DNA of 64,000 nt from a virus: positions 25,839-89,838 of the IMG/VR virus record IMGVR_UViG_3300032313_000664. The stretch is one strand, 5' to 3'. This document shows, piece after piece, positions 37,390 to 46,115 of the stretch. The position numbers were made by a program, and so were the translations under genes. The notes beneath the pieces are model-generated. The model was not told where the DNA came from. It ran no database searches and saw only the letters and a program-made list of their open reading frames with translations. The first letter of the stretch is position 1. Every line of letters begins with the position of its first letter.

Positions 37390-40215
37390 ATGTCAGATGC
37401 ATTAAAAGACCTAGCCATTGTTCCAGTAACTAGTAGTGATACTAATTACTTTCTTCGTAAAGTAACTGGATTAAAAATTGACAAGACTTATTCATTTAAG
37501 TTTCAGTGGGTTTTTGAAGATGATACTAAAAGCGATTGGTCTCCAGGGTATCAAATAAATACACCAACAGAAAACGTGCCTGGGGCACCTTCAGTAACGG
37601 TACCTGCAACAGCAATAGGAAACATACCAGTAACACTTTCTGTTTTCCCACCAAATACAAAGCGTGTAGATATATATATTATAGGCGGAGTGTACGGTAC
37701 GGGCAAAGTAGCAGATAGTTTTCTGAGCGCTGGAACAAAAAATATTTCAGTAGCAGCAGGAGTTTATCAGGTAAGCTTAATAGCAGTAACCCCTTCTGGA
37801 ATTAATGGAGATCCAACTAATACATTTACAATTACCATATCTAATGTTGTAACGGAGGACACGGTTGCACCAGATCCAATTTCTGCAGGAGTTGTAACTG
37901 GAGGAGTTCATCCACAAGATTCTAGCGGTCAATTAGGATATTTAAACGTTGCTGTAACTAATGCAACGATACCCGCAGACTTTGCTGGATATATCGTAAA
38001 GATAGTCAGCAGCACAAATACTTGGACTCAAACATTTAATAGCTCAACAGCGTTATCTAATTTATATATAACTGGTGGGCTATTTGTTGGTCAATCATAT
38101 ACATTATCTGTAGCCACAACTGACGGTAAAAATATATCTAGCTATGTTAACTGCACACCAGCACCATTTACAATTACTGATACTAGAACTAATACAAGCA
38201 CAGTAACTGGAAATCTTTCTTTTTCTGCCACAGATTCTATATTGACAGTATCTTGGGTGGCATCTACGGATCCGTATGTAGACTCATATAGAGTTCAAAT
38301 AACATCTGATACTGACACAGCATTTACCTCACCAATTCAAACAGTAGAAAGCAAAGGGACCACTGCAACATTTGGCGGACTGGTATCAAATACAACCTAT
38401 AGAGTAAGGGTTACATCAAGATACAGCGGAGCTTCAGCAGCATTAAGTACGGTTCATACTACGGGCACATTTACGTTAAATGCTTCAGGAGCAATTAGCG
38501 ATGGTATCGCCCCAACAACAAATCCTGCACTAACATCTGCTATGGTTAAATCTTTATTTGGAGCATTTGCAATCACATTTCCTTCGGTAGCAAACTCTGA
38601 TGCAGTTACATATGAAGTATTTATTAAAGCAGATAGCCCAACTGGTATTGTAAGTAATACCTATAAAGTATTAGAAGTGGGCGGAACATTTGCTGTAGTT
38701 AAATCTTTAGCAGATAAAACTACTGCTCTTACCTACGGAGCAGATTATTATATTGCTATACGTGCTAAAGATAATGACGGAGTTTCAACTGGAACAGTAA
38801 CAGCGGTAGGGCCAGTCAAAACACTTCAAGTCTCCAATGCAGATCTTGCAGCAGACTCTGTTTATGCAAACAATATTTTAGCTGGAGTAATTGATGCTAC
38901 TAAATTAACCGCAGATACCATACTAGCTAATCAAAAAATAACTGTTGGCTCTAATGCTGCACTCGATAGAATCAGATTAGACGCAACTGATGCAACAATT
39001 AGCGGACAAGCTGTAAGCTCAAGAATTTATATTGGAGGCGGAAATTATTATGATACCGCAAGCTCTTTTTATGCAGACAACTTAGGCCGCCTAAGCATTG
39101 GGCAAAAGTTAAAATTTGAAAGTGGCGAATTAACAATAAATGGAAAAGGAACTTTTACAGGAACTGTTACTGCTGGCTCTGGATTAAACTCAGTATCTCT
39201 TGGCAACGATGTAAGTGGCACAAATGATGGCATCTACATTGGCGCAACTGGAGACTACATATATTCAGATGGAACACTAAGGTTGGGTAATGGAAACATT
39301 ACATATTCAAACGGAACTCTGGCGGTTCAGGGAAACATTACAGCAAATTCTATAGCAGCAAATACAAGTCTTTCTGGACTAAGTATTACTGGAACTACTG
39401 GAACATTTGGCGGAGTTACAATAAATTCATCTGGTATTAGCTCAACTAATTTTAGCGTAACATCCACTGGAATTTTATCCGCAGCAGCAGGAACAATCGG
39501 TGGGTGGGATATAAATGGTACCCAGCTAAGAAGTACAGGCACAAACTCTATTACATTAAATCCAAATACACCTAAAATTGCATTGCTTCAGTCAGGCGTT
39601 GAAAAAATTACAATAGATCCAGTTGAGGGCATTAAAGACGGAGCTGGTAATTTTTCATTAACCCCAGCGGGAATACTTACTATAAAGGGATCTATTACTT
39701 CAGGATCAACAATTAATGGTGCAACAATCACTGTTAGTAATACATTTAGCTCAAGCGGTTTGACAACAGCATCTGATACAGGCTTAACGGAATCTACAGA
39801 CTCATCTTCTGGAGGAACACAATCAACTTCGGGCTCCACTTCCTTTACTCCAACTCTTACCATAGCTAATGGAAAGATGTCTTCAGATAGCATATTAAGA
39901 ATTGAAGGCTCAAGCTATACCGAGATACTATCTGGAGGAACTCAATCTGCGATATTTGATTCAAGCAAGTCCTCATTAGTATTTACTACTGGATTATATT
40001 TAGGAAACCCAGCCACATCTTCAACGGCTGAAATACAAAATCACTCTACTCCTTATATTACTGTAGACGCAAGAATGCGATTAAGAAGAGGTTCACCGCT
40101 TACCTATCCAAACGGAAGCACGGGAGCCTACATAAGAAACATTTATATTAAAAGTACAACTAGCACCCCATCATCTACAACAGGTCATGTCGGCGACATT
40201 ATGATTACGTATTAG
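37390..40215 (+). CDS. Large tail fibre/host-recognition protein with FN3-like repeats
   Basis: FN3-like segments (LTVSW..YRVQ..GLVSNTTYRVRV); beta-strand-rich spike region (GTIGGWDI). Confidence 0.7.
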   Translation: MSDALKDLAIVPVTSSDTNYFLRKVTGLKIDKTYSFKFQWVFEDDTKSDWSPGYQINTPTENVPGAPSVTVPATAIGNIPVTLSVFPPNTKRVDIYIIGGVYGTGKVADSFLSAGTKNISVAAGVYQVSLIAVTPSGINGDPTNTFTITISNVVTEDTVAPDPISAGVVTGGVHPQDSSGQLGYLNVAVTNATIPADFAGYIVKIVSSTNTWTQTFNSSTALSNLYITGGLFVGQSYTLSVATTDGKNISSYVNCTPAPFTITDTRTNTSTVTGNLSFSATDSILTVSWVASTDPYVDSYRVQITSDTDTAFTSPIQTVESKGTTATFGGLVSNTTYRVRVTSRYSGASAALSTVHTTGTFTLNASGAISDGIAPTTNPALTSAMVKSLFGAFAITFPSVANSDAVTYEVFIKADSPTGIVSNTYKVLEVGGTFAVVKSLADKTTALTYGADYYIAIRAKDNDGVSTGTVTAVGPVKTLQVSNADLAADSVYANNILAGVIDATKLTADTILANQKITVGSNAALDRIRLDATDATISGQAVSSRIYIGGGNYYDTASSFYADNLGRLSIGQKLKFESGELTINGKGTFTGTVTAGSGLNSVSLGNDVSGTNDGIYIGATGDYIYSDGTLRLGNGNITYSNGTLAVQGNITANSIAANTSLSGLSITGTTGTFGGVTINSSGISSTNFSVTSTGILSAAAGTIGGWDINGTQLRSTGTNSITLNPNTPKIALLQSGVEKITIDPVEGIKDGAGNFSLTPAGILTIKGSITSGSTINGATITVSNTFSSSGLTTASDTGLTESTDSSSGGTQSTSGSTSFTPTLTIANGKMSSDSILRIEGSSYTEILSGGTQSAIFDSSKSSLVFTTGLYLGNPATSSTAEIQNHSTPYITVDARMRLRRGSPLTYPNGSTGAYIRNIYIKSTTSTPSSTTGHVGDIMITY

Positions 40216-40223
40216 GAAAATAA

Positions 40224-43091
40224 ATGGGTATTCTTTCTAAAGTTGCTAATACTGGTTCTTCAACAGACTGGAGAACTACAAAAAAGGTTTGGGTCAAGGT
40301 TTCAAGTACACTTTGGAAATCAGCAACTGCACTATACGGGAAAACAGTAAATGGCTGGGTAAAGATGTGGCCAGGAAATGCCCCTTCAGTAAGACCATCA
40401 GATCCAATTAATATAAGATTGGGCGGATATAATGGGACTGTAGCATCTAGCGTAGAGTTATTTTGTAGCACAAATGTTGGAACAGCGGGAACATTTTTAA
40501 AATTGTGGGGAAATGATGGATCATTTGATGGAGTAACCCCTATTACTATTTCCAATAGAAGAATGTTATGTTCAGACAATATTGACGGACAGGTAGAAAG
40601 ATTTAGCTTAAGTGGAAATGACACTATAGATTTTGCAACAACGACTCAAGCAACCAGAGATCTTGCTGAAGGATACTATATATTTTATCAACTAAAAGCT
40701 GAAAACGTAGATGGAATTTTAGACGCATATTCTCCAGCAGTTAAAGTAATTAAAAGGAAACCAGCTTTAGTAAGCTATGCTATTCTTTCTGAATCAGGAG
40801 GACTTTTGCAAGGCGATAGTGGATTTTCTCCTTTTGACGTTGTATCATTAAGCGCTCAAGTACGTTACGGTTGGTGGATAAAGCCAGGAGGCTACTTAGG
40901 AGGAACTCCAGTTTTAAAATGGTGGAAAAATTCAACGGGATCAACAGGTGGAACCCTATTAAAAGAAATTAATATTGAAACAGGATACAACTATGTTGCG
41001 GGGTCATACGATTCGTCCTATACATACAATACAAATACTTCAAACGTTTTAACTATATCTAGCAGCTATAACGTAGGAAGTACACCACTTCAAGTAGGAG
41101 AGTACCTAGTTGCTGAACTTTATTTAGAAAACTCTTATACAGCACATTATGCTTCTCCAGCAAGCTACTGGGCTGCTACTGCCGTTGCAACAGTTCCCCC
41201 TCCAACATTTCTTACAGCAACAACAGATAGAGACGACGGTGTTGATTTAACATTTGGCGGATCATCTGCTGCAGTAAGTTATGATATTTTTTGGAATACA
41301 GGAGATGTTGCTCCTACAGATACAGTAACTCCAGATTTTTCTGGAAAATCTTCTCCATTCTTAGATACCACAATGGGTTTTGGCGTAACTAGATGGTACT
41401 GGGTTAGAGCAGTTAATTCAAGCGGCCTTAAATCTACTTGGTATCCTGCCGTAAACGGAGTAATTGGAACAAGGGTTAATGAGATATTTTATAACGTTAA
41501 TTGGCTTGGAAATGGAGGGTCTTCATTTAATCAAGGTTCTCCATGGTCGTTTAAGAAAAACGGTACCGTCACAGTCCCTTCTGCAACTAGAATAGGATAC
41601 ACATTTCTTTTTTGGGCAAATACCGCATCAGGAGCATATACATACAGCACATCTAACGTCGGTGGAACTTGGTCTCCTCCTGCTCAAAACATTACTATGT
41701 ATGCAAGGTGGCAGGAAAATATTTGTACAATACCCGATGTAATTGGCATGACAGAAATTAATGCAACAAATGCTGTTAACACTGCTGGATTTTTATACGA
41801 GTATACTGATTATATTGACACTACTAATGCTTCAATAGTTGGAACAGTTGCTGCAATAGATCCAGCAGTAGGGTCACAACCAGGCTGCGGTACAAACATA
41901 ACTTTAACTTTATATAGGCTTCCACCTGCTACTGCCCCAAGCGGACTATCTGTAACACTCACTCCAACAGGAACACAGATGGCTGGAACGGAGCTCACGG
42001 CATCAGTTTCTACAACTGCTGGTAGTACGCCAATTACATATACGATTCAGATATTTAAAAGAACGGGTGCAGACCCAACAAATGCAAACACTCAAGTTGC
42101 AAGTGGAACAACATCTGCTACACACACTATTACAGCAAGTGAGGCTGCAGGAACACCAGACCGATTTATTGCATACGCAACTGCAAGCAACTCAGCTGGA
42201 ACAGTAACTGGTTATTCTAGTGTTGTTACATCTACTCCTGCTGTAGCTACAGTTGTAGCGCCATCTGGGGGAACTGCTACAGTAAGCCCAACAACAGGAA
42301 CTGCGGGAACAACAACATATACAGGATCTACTTCAGGATGGGCGGGATCAACAGCAACGTACACCTACTCATGGCAATATTTTAGCTCTAGTTCTTTTTC
42401 TTATGTAGAATATACATCGGGAACTTCATTTTCTCCGCCAGCAAATATTAATTCGCTATACCCAAACTATGGCTGGAGGCTTAGAGTTGCTGCAACTAAT
42501 ACAGCAGGAACTGCTTATGCAGATGCAAGTGTAACAATAAGTTCGCCAGCAGCAGCTATAGCTCCAAGCGGTGGTGAAGTTACCCTTACGCCAAGCGGAA
42601 CCCAACAAGCTGGAACACAGATATGTGCAAATGTAACTGCTATGTCAGGAACCGCTACAATAAGCTATATAACTAATATTCGCAAAGCAACGGGTAGCAG
42701 TCCAACGGGAACAGCAACTTCCGTTGCTTCTGGATCTGGAACAGGTAATAGCGTATGTTGTCATACAATTACTGCAAGTGAAGCAGCAGGAACTCCAGAT
42801 CAATTTAAAGCATATACGGTTGGAAGTAACTCTGCTGGGGACCATACTATTGGATCTAATACAGTTATATCCACCCCAGCCGTAGTGGTATTTCATGCGC
42901 CATATCACGAGCCAACTGTATTTCATGCGCCATATCACGAGCCAGCTGTATTTCATGCGCCATATCATGCGCCTACCCCAAGTTGTGGCTCTCCTTACTC
43001 GTTTAATTACCCAGACGCTAATTGTGGAGGCGATGGCGGATACGCTGGTATTTACAATAGTTGCGGAGTATTTGTGGGATGTAATGACTAG
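40224..43091 (+). CDS. Mosaic tail/receptor-binding protein (FN3-like, InlB B-repeat-like, PASTA, Ig-like repeats, His-Pro repeat, Cys tip)
   Basis: GYTFLFW..ITMYARW; IPDVIGMT..GTV..DP..G (PASTA); duplicated Ig-like unit; (VFHAPYHEP)x3. Confidence 0.7.
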   Translation: MGILSKVANTGSSTDWRTTKKVWVKVSSTLWKSATALYGKTVNGWVKMWPGNAPSVRPSDPINIRLGGYNGTVASSVELFCSTNVGTAGTFLKLWGNDGSFDGVTPITISNRRMLCSDNIDGQVERFSLSGNDTIDFATTTQATRDLAEGYYIFYQLKAENVDGILDAYSPAVKVIKRKPALVSYAILSESGGLLQGDSGFSPFDVVSLSAQVRYGWWIKPGGYLGGTPVLKWWKNSTGSTGGTLLKEINIETGYNYVAGSYDSSYTYNTNTSNVLTISSSYNVGSTPLQVGEYLVAELYLENSYTAHYASPASYWAATAVATVPPPTFLTATTDRDDGVDLTFGGSSAAVSYDIFWNTGDVAPTDTVTPDFSGKSSPFLDTTMGFGVTRWYWVRAVNSSGLKSTWYPAVNGVIGTRVNEIFYNVNWLGNGGSSFNQGSPWSFKKNGTVTVPSATRIGYTFLFWANTASGAYTYSTSNVGGTWSPPAQNITMYARWQENICTIPDVIGMTEINATNAVNTAGFLYEYTDYIDTTNASIVGTVAAIDPAVGSQPGCGTNITLTLYRLPPATAPSGLSVTLTPTGTQMAGTELTASVSTTAGSTPITYTIQIFKRTGADPTNANTQVASGTTSATHTITASEAAGTPDRFIAYATASNSAGTVTGYSSVVTSTPAVATVVAPSGGTATVSPTTGTAGTTTYTGSTSGWAGSTATYTYSWQYFSSSSFSYVEYTSGTSFSPPANINSLYPNYGWRLRVAATNTAGTAYADASVTISSPAAAIAPSGGEVTLTPSGTQQAGTQICANVTAMSGTATISYITNIRKATGSSPTGTATSVASGSGTGNSVCCHTITASEAAGTPDQFKAYTVGSNSAGDHTIGSNTVISTPAVVVFHAPYHEPTVFHAPYHEPAVFHAPYHAPTPSCGSPYSFNYPDANCGGDGGYAGIYNSCGVFVGCND
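42888..42973 (+). repeat. 30-bp in-frame tandem repeat (about 2.8 copies)
   Basis: GTATTTCATGCGCCATATCACGAGCCA[A/G]CT starting at 42888 and 42918, with a third partial copy at 42948. Confidence 0.95.
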
Positions 43092-43113
43092 ATATACTAT
43101 ATCTAAATTAGGG

Positions 43114-43142
43114 TTGTCTATATTAACATTCCCTGCTATAAT
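43114..43142 (+). promoter_or_regulatory. Promoter
   Basis: TTGTCT-17-TATAAT with extended TG; palindrome TAGATATA-C-TATATCTA just upstream (43089-43105). Confidence 0.55.
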
Positions 43143-43159
43143 ATGGAAGGAGGTAAAAA

Positions 43160-43384
43160 ATGACAATTGAACTAACAAATGAAGAAAAATTAAGTATTGT
43201 TGAGCAGCATATTAAGTCTATTGACTACGGTATTTACGGAGTGCAATTAGATATAATTGAAATAAATGCTATATCAAATCCAGATGCCTCTCAACTTTCA
43301 AACTTAAATACAAGACTTGCTGCTCTAAATTCAAAGAGAACAGCTCTCGTCACTGAAAAAGATTCATTGACCCCAACAGCTTAG
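43160..43384 (+). CDS. Small coiled-coil protein
   Basis: AGGAGGT RBS; 74 aa. Confidence 0.75.
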   Translation: MTIELTNEEKLSIVEQHIKSIDYGIYGVQLDIIEINAISNPDASQLSNLNTRLAALNSKRTALVTEKDSLTPTA

Positions 43385-43394
43385 GAATATAAAA

Positions 43395-43568
43395 ATGGCA
43401 GATAAAACTGAATTAGTTGTAATGGCCTTACAGCAAAGAATTGGTGAGATTGTTTCAAATTATGAAACACAAATTGCTATTCTACGTGCAGAGCTTACAC
43501 AGTTATCTCAAGATAAAGAAGACAAAGAAAAAGCAATAAAGGATTATGAAGATTCTTTACAAGCATAA
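43395..43568 (+). CDS. Small coiled-coil protein (not in ORF track)
   Basis: 57 aa, MADKTELVVMALQQRIGEIVSNYETQIAILRAELTQ...; AGGA RBS; fills the gap. Confidence 0.75.
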   Translation: MADKTELVVMALQQRIGEIVSNYETQIAILRAELTQLSQDKEDKEKAIKDYEDSLQA

Positions 43569-43580
43569 GGAGAAAATGTA

Positions 43581-44000
43581 ATGGCGTTTAATGATGGAGA
43601 GCCAATTGATGCGGCCAAGCTTGGAGCATTAGAAACATCTCTTGCAGAGATAAAGGCAAAGGTTCCTCAATTTGGATCCTCTACTACAAATATTGCAATT
43701 GACAATTCGACTATTGGAACTGTGGTTGTCCCACAAATATTTGGTGGGATTTCAGGAACAGTTCCATTAAATCCAGGTAAAACCTCTACCTTTACAATTA
43801 ATTACAGTGGAGCTAAGTTGACCTCGGCACCCAAGTCTATTACTTTAACCCCAGTTCGTGAACCTGGAGTATCTCACAACGAAGCCCATGTTGTAAAAAG
43901 CTCAGTGAGTAGCACGACAGCAATGTGCAAGGTCTTTCAGCCAACTGGCTACACCGCTGGAAGTACTCAGTTTTATTTCTTAGTTATTCAGCACTCTTAG
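43581..44000 (+). CDS. Small tail-associated protein
   Basis: F.DGEPIDA.KL N-terminus and beta-rich C-terminus; last gene of the structural block. Confidence 0.6.
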   Translation: MAFNDGEPIDAAKLGALETSLAEIKAKVPQFGSSTTNIAIDNSTIGTVVVPQIFGGISGTVPLNPGKTSTFTINYSGAKLTSAPKSITLTPVREPGVSHNEAHVVKSSVSSTTAMCKVFQPTGYTAGSTQFYFLVIQHS

Positions 44001-44002
44001 TA

Positions 44003-44067
44003 TTGACAATCTAGGCCTATATGTTACAATTACTGTAACATCAAAGTCACGCACCCGTGACTTTTTT
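44003..44067 (+). promoter_or_regulatory. Promoter, overlapping palindrome and terminator-like hairpin
   Basis: TTGACA-16-TACAAT; ATGTTACA-N5-TGTAACAT; AAAGTCACG-CACC-CGTGACTTTTTT. Confidence 0.6.
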
Positions 44068-44084
44068 ACATATTAAGGTAGAAA

Positions 44085-44885
44085 ATGAGCAACGATTTAA
44101 AGTGGATGCTATCATCCGATCAGCAATTCCCGTATCAAGATGACAAGATGATTGCCTTATGGTTTAAGGTCATGAAATGGTTTAAGCCAGATGTAGTTGA
44201 TTACTTGGGAGATACTGATGACCAAGCATGTTATAGCAAATACAATGAAGGATTGTCTTCAGAATTTCTTGCCTTGCATAAGACAGATAGCAAAGATCTT
44301 ATTGTTCCAATGATGCGTCATGAAGCAAAGGGGGCAAGAGATTTTTATGCAAAGACTAGAGATATGTTACCTGACGCTCAGCTTTTTTCTGCTTTAGGAA
44401 ACCACGACATTAGAATTTTTAACTACATGGATGCCAAGCTTCCAGATTATTTAAAAGAAGTGACACCAGAAACTCTTTGGAACCTAGACTCTTTGGGCTA
44501 TGAATATATCTACTATGACTCTTTACCTAAACGTCGATTTGGCGATGTGCACGTACATCACGGAATTTCTATATCAGCAACTGGATCAGTCAGAAAAGAC
44601 ATGGAGGATTTACAGGTATCTTTAATTAGAGGACACTCACACAGAATTGCTTCACATATGGTAACATATGAATTAAGAAATAATGGCGAAGGAGAGACCC
44701 TCCGTGGATACGAGATTGGTCACATGTGCGATGAAAAGGGGCCAGGTATGAAGTATACACAGCATCACGACTGGCAAAAAGGTTTTGCTATTGCACACAT
44801 TGTAAATGATTATCCTCATATTCAAATGATTCATGTTTCCCCAGACTACTCTTGCGTGGTGGACGGAAAGGTATTTACTTTATAA
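44085..44885 (+). CDS. Calcineurin-like metallophosphoesterase
   Basis: SDQQ, GDTDD, GNHD, HHG, GHSH motifs. Confidence 0.85.
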   Translation: MSNDLKWMLSSDQQFPYQDDKMIALWFKVMKWFKPDVVDYLGDTDDQACYSKYNEGLSSEFLALHKTDSKDLIVPMMRHEAKGARDFYAKTRDMLPDAQLFSALGNHDIRIFNYMDAKLPDYLKEVTPETLWNLDSLGYEYIYYDSLPKRRFGDVHVHHGISISATGSVRKDMEDLQVSLIRGHSHRIASHMVTYELRNNGEGETLRGYEIGHMCDEKGPGMKYTQHHDWQKGFAIAHIVNDYPHIQMIHVSPDYSCVVDGKVFTL

Positions 44886-45070
44886 TGTGGTGCGGCAAAT
44901 GCGGAGGCAGAGTTTTTGTAGATAGAGTTTTTTCTCAAAAGCTACATATAGAATTATTTTGTATTATGTGTGGTAAAAGAAATATGGTTAACAAAGAAAT
45001 GAGTGCTTTTGGAAAATGGCTAGACGCAAAAGAAACGGCAACCTTAAAGAACTACGGTATTTCTTCTTAA
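44885..45070 (+). CDS. Zinc-ribbon protein
   Basis: Start placed at ATG 44885 (TAATG); CGKCGG...CIMCG. Confidence 0.7.
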   Translation: MWCGKCGGRVFVDRVFSQKLHIELFCIMCGKRNMVNKEMSAFGKWLDAKETATLKNYGISS

Positions 45071-45498
45071 ACGATAAGGTGCATAAGGTAATAAGATCAT
45101 CCAGATCAAAGGACGAACTTATTGCCTGGTGCTATCCAGATCATAAGAGAGTGCTATATTCTTACTCTCAGGTATATAAACATTTAGGTAAAGCTTACAG
45201 CATAAAGCAGGTAGGATTACTTTTAAATAAACATAGTGTAACTATCCATGACTATATACTTGAGGGTAAAATAAAGACGCCATCTAAGATCTATCCAATT
45301 AGTAATCCTACAAATGAAAATTGGTCTAAGTATTTATTTAGCGAATCGGACATTTTAGACATTCACCAGTTTATCTTAGATGCTGGACACTCAAACAGTA
45401 TGCCATCTCGTGCTGAATTATTGGGGCTTCTCAAACACAACATTATATTGTATACTAAGACAGACAGCGGGTTCATACCAGTTTGGAAGGCGGAATAA
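45016..45498 (+). CDS. HTH (MerR/excisionase-like) DNA-binding protein
   Basis: YSIKQVGLLLNKHSVTIHDYILEGKI. Confidence 0.65.
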   Translation: MARRKRNGNLKELRYFFLNDKVHKVIRSSRSKDELIAWCYPDHKRVLYSYSQVYKHLGKAYSIKQVGLLLNKHSVTIHDYILEGKIKTPSKIYPISNPTNENWSKYLFSESDILDIHQFILDAGHSNSMPSRAELLGLLKHNIILYTKTDSGFIPVWKAE

Positions 45499-45608
45499 TG
45501 GCAAGCAGCAGGATTGTAATTTGCCCAGTTTGTAATAAAGAATTAGAAGTCAGATCAGATTTTGCCCATATGACATTATCTAACCATACAAATAAGGAGC
45601 ACAAGTGA
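45498..45608 (+). CDS. 36-aa C2H2-type zinc-finger miniprotein (not in ORF track)
   Basis: MASSRIVICPVCNKELEVRSDFAHMTLSNHTNKEHK; TAATG and GTGA overlaps with both neighbours. Confidence 0.65.
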   Translation: MASSRIVICPVCNKELEVRSDFAHMTLSNHTNKEHK

Positions 45609-45808
45609 CAACGAGAGTTAAGGTGGACCTTTCGTTCACACGCAATTTAGGTAATTACGAAAGCATTAAAATTGGTGTTGGTGTTGAAGATGATCTCCGA
45701 GCTGGAGAGAATGTAGATACAGCCACAGAGAGAGTCTATAAGTTTGTTGAAGATAAGCTTATTGAAAAGACTCGTGAGGTAGAAGAAGAGCTAAAGCGTG
45801 GCAAATGA
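45605..45808 (+). CDS. Hypothetical protein
   Basis: AAGGAG RBS, GTG start; FTRNLGNYESIKI. Confidence 0.75.
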   Translation: MTTRVKVDLSFTRNLGNYESIKIGVGVEDDLRAGENVDTATERVYKFVEDKLIEKTREVEEELKRGK

Positions 45809-46115
45809 AAAGCAGCCTTATATTCTTATAAGCCTATATCTATCCTTGTATAAGGAAAGATACAACAAGTCTTTAACTATAAATAAGTTTAGAGAAAAGT
45901 GGGCTATGCAAGATGTAATAGATAGTGTAGGATATGATCGTTCAGTTGAGCTTTTAAAGTATTATTTTAAGACCAACAAATCTGGTCACCCATTGAACTT
46001 TTTTTATAACAACTTTGATAGGATTGACCAGTTAGAAAAAGATATTAAAAAGGATAAGGCAGTCCGCAGTGTCCTTCTAGGAGAAACTAAAAAGATGGTA
46101 GAAGGCGAAGAATGA
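45798..46115 (+). CDS. Hypothetical protein upstream of helicase
   Basis: 105 aa; overlaps both neighbours. Confidence 0.7.
   Translation: MANEKQPYILISLYLSLYKERYNKSLTINKFREKWAMQDVIDSVGYDRSVELLKYYFKTNKSGHPLNFFYNNFDRIDQLEKDIKKDKAVRSVLLGETKKMVEGEE

Noticed and set aside
41930-42880. DGR template/variable repeat pair
   Set aside because: Differences between the copies are not adenine-specific, both copies are coding, and no reverse transcriptase is in the window
42888-42973. Possible mini CRISPR array, given the Cas4-like gene
   Set aside because: The units are contiguous, in frame and lack unique spacers; solo Cas4-like nucleases are common in phage recombination modules
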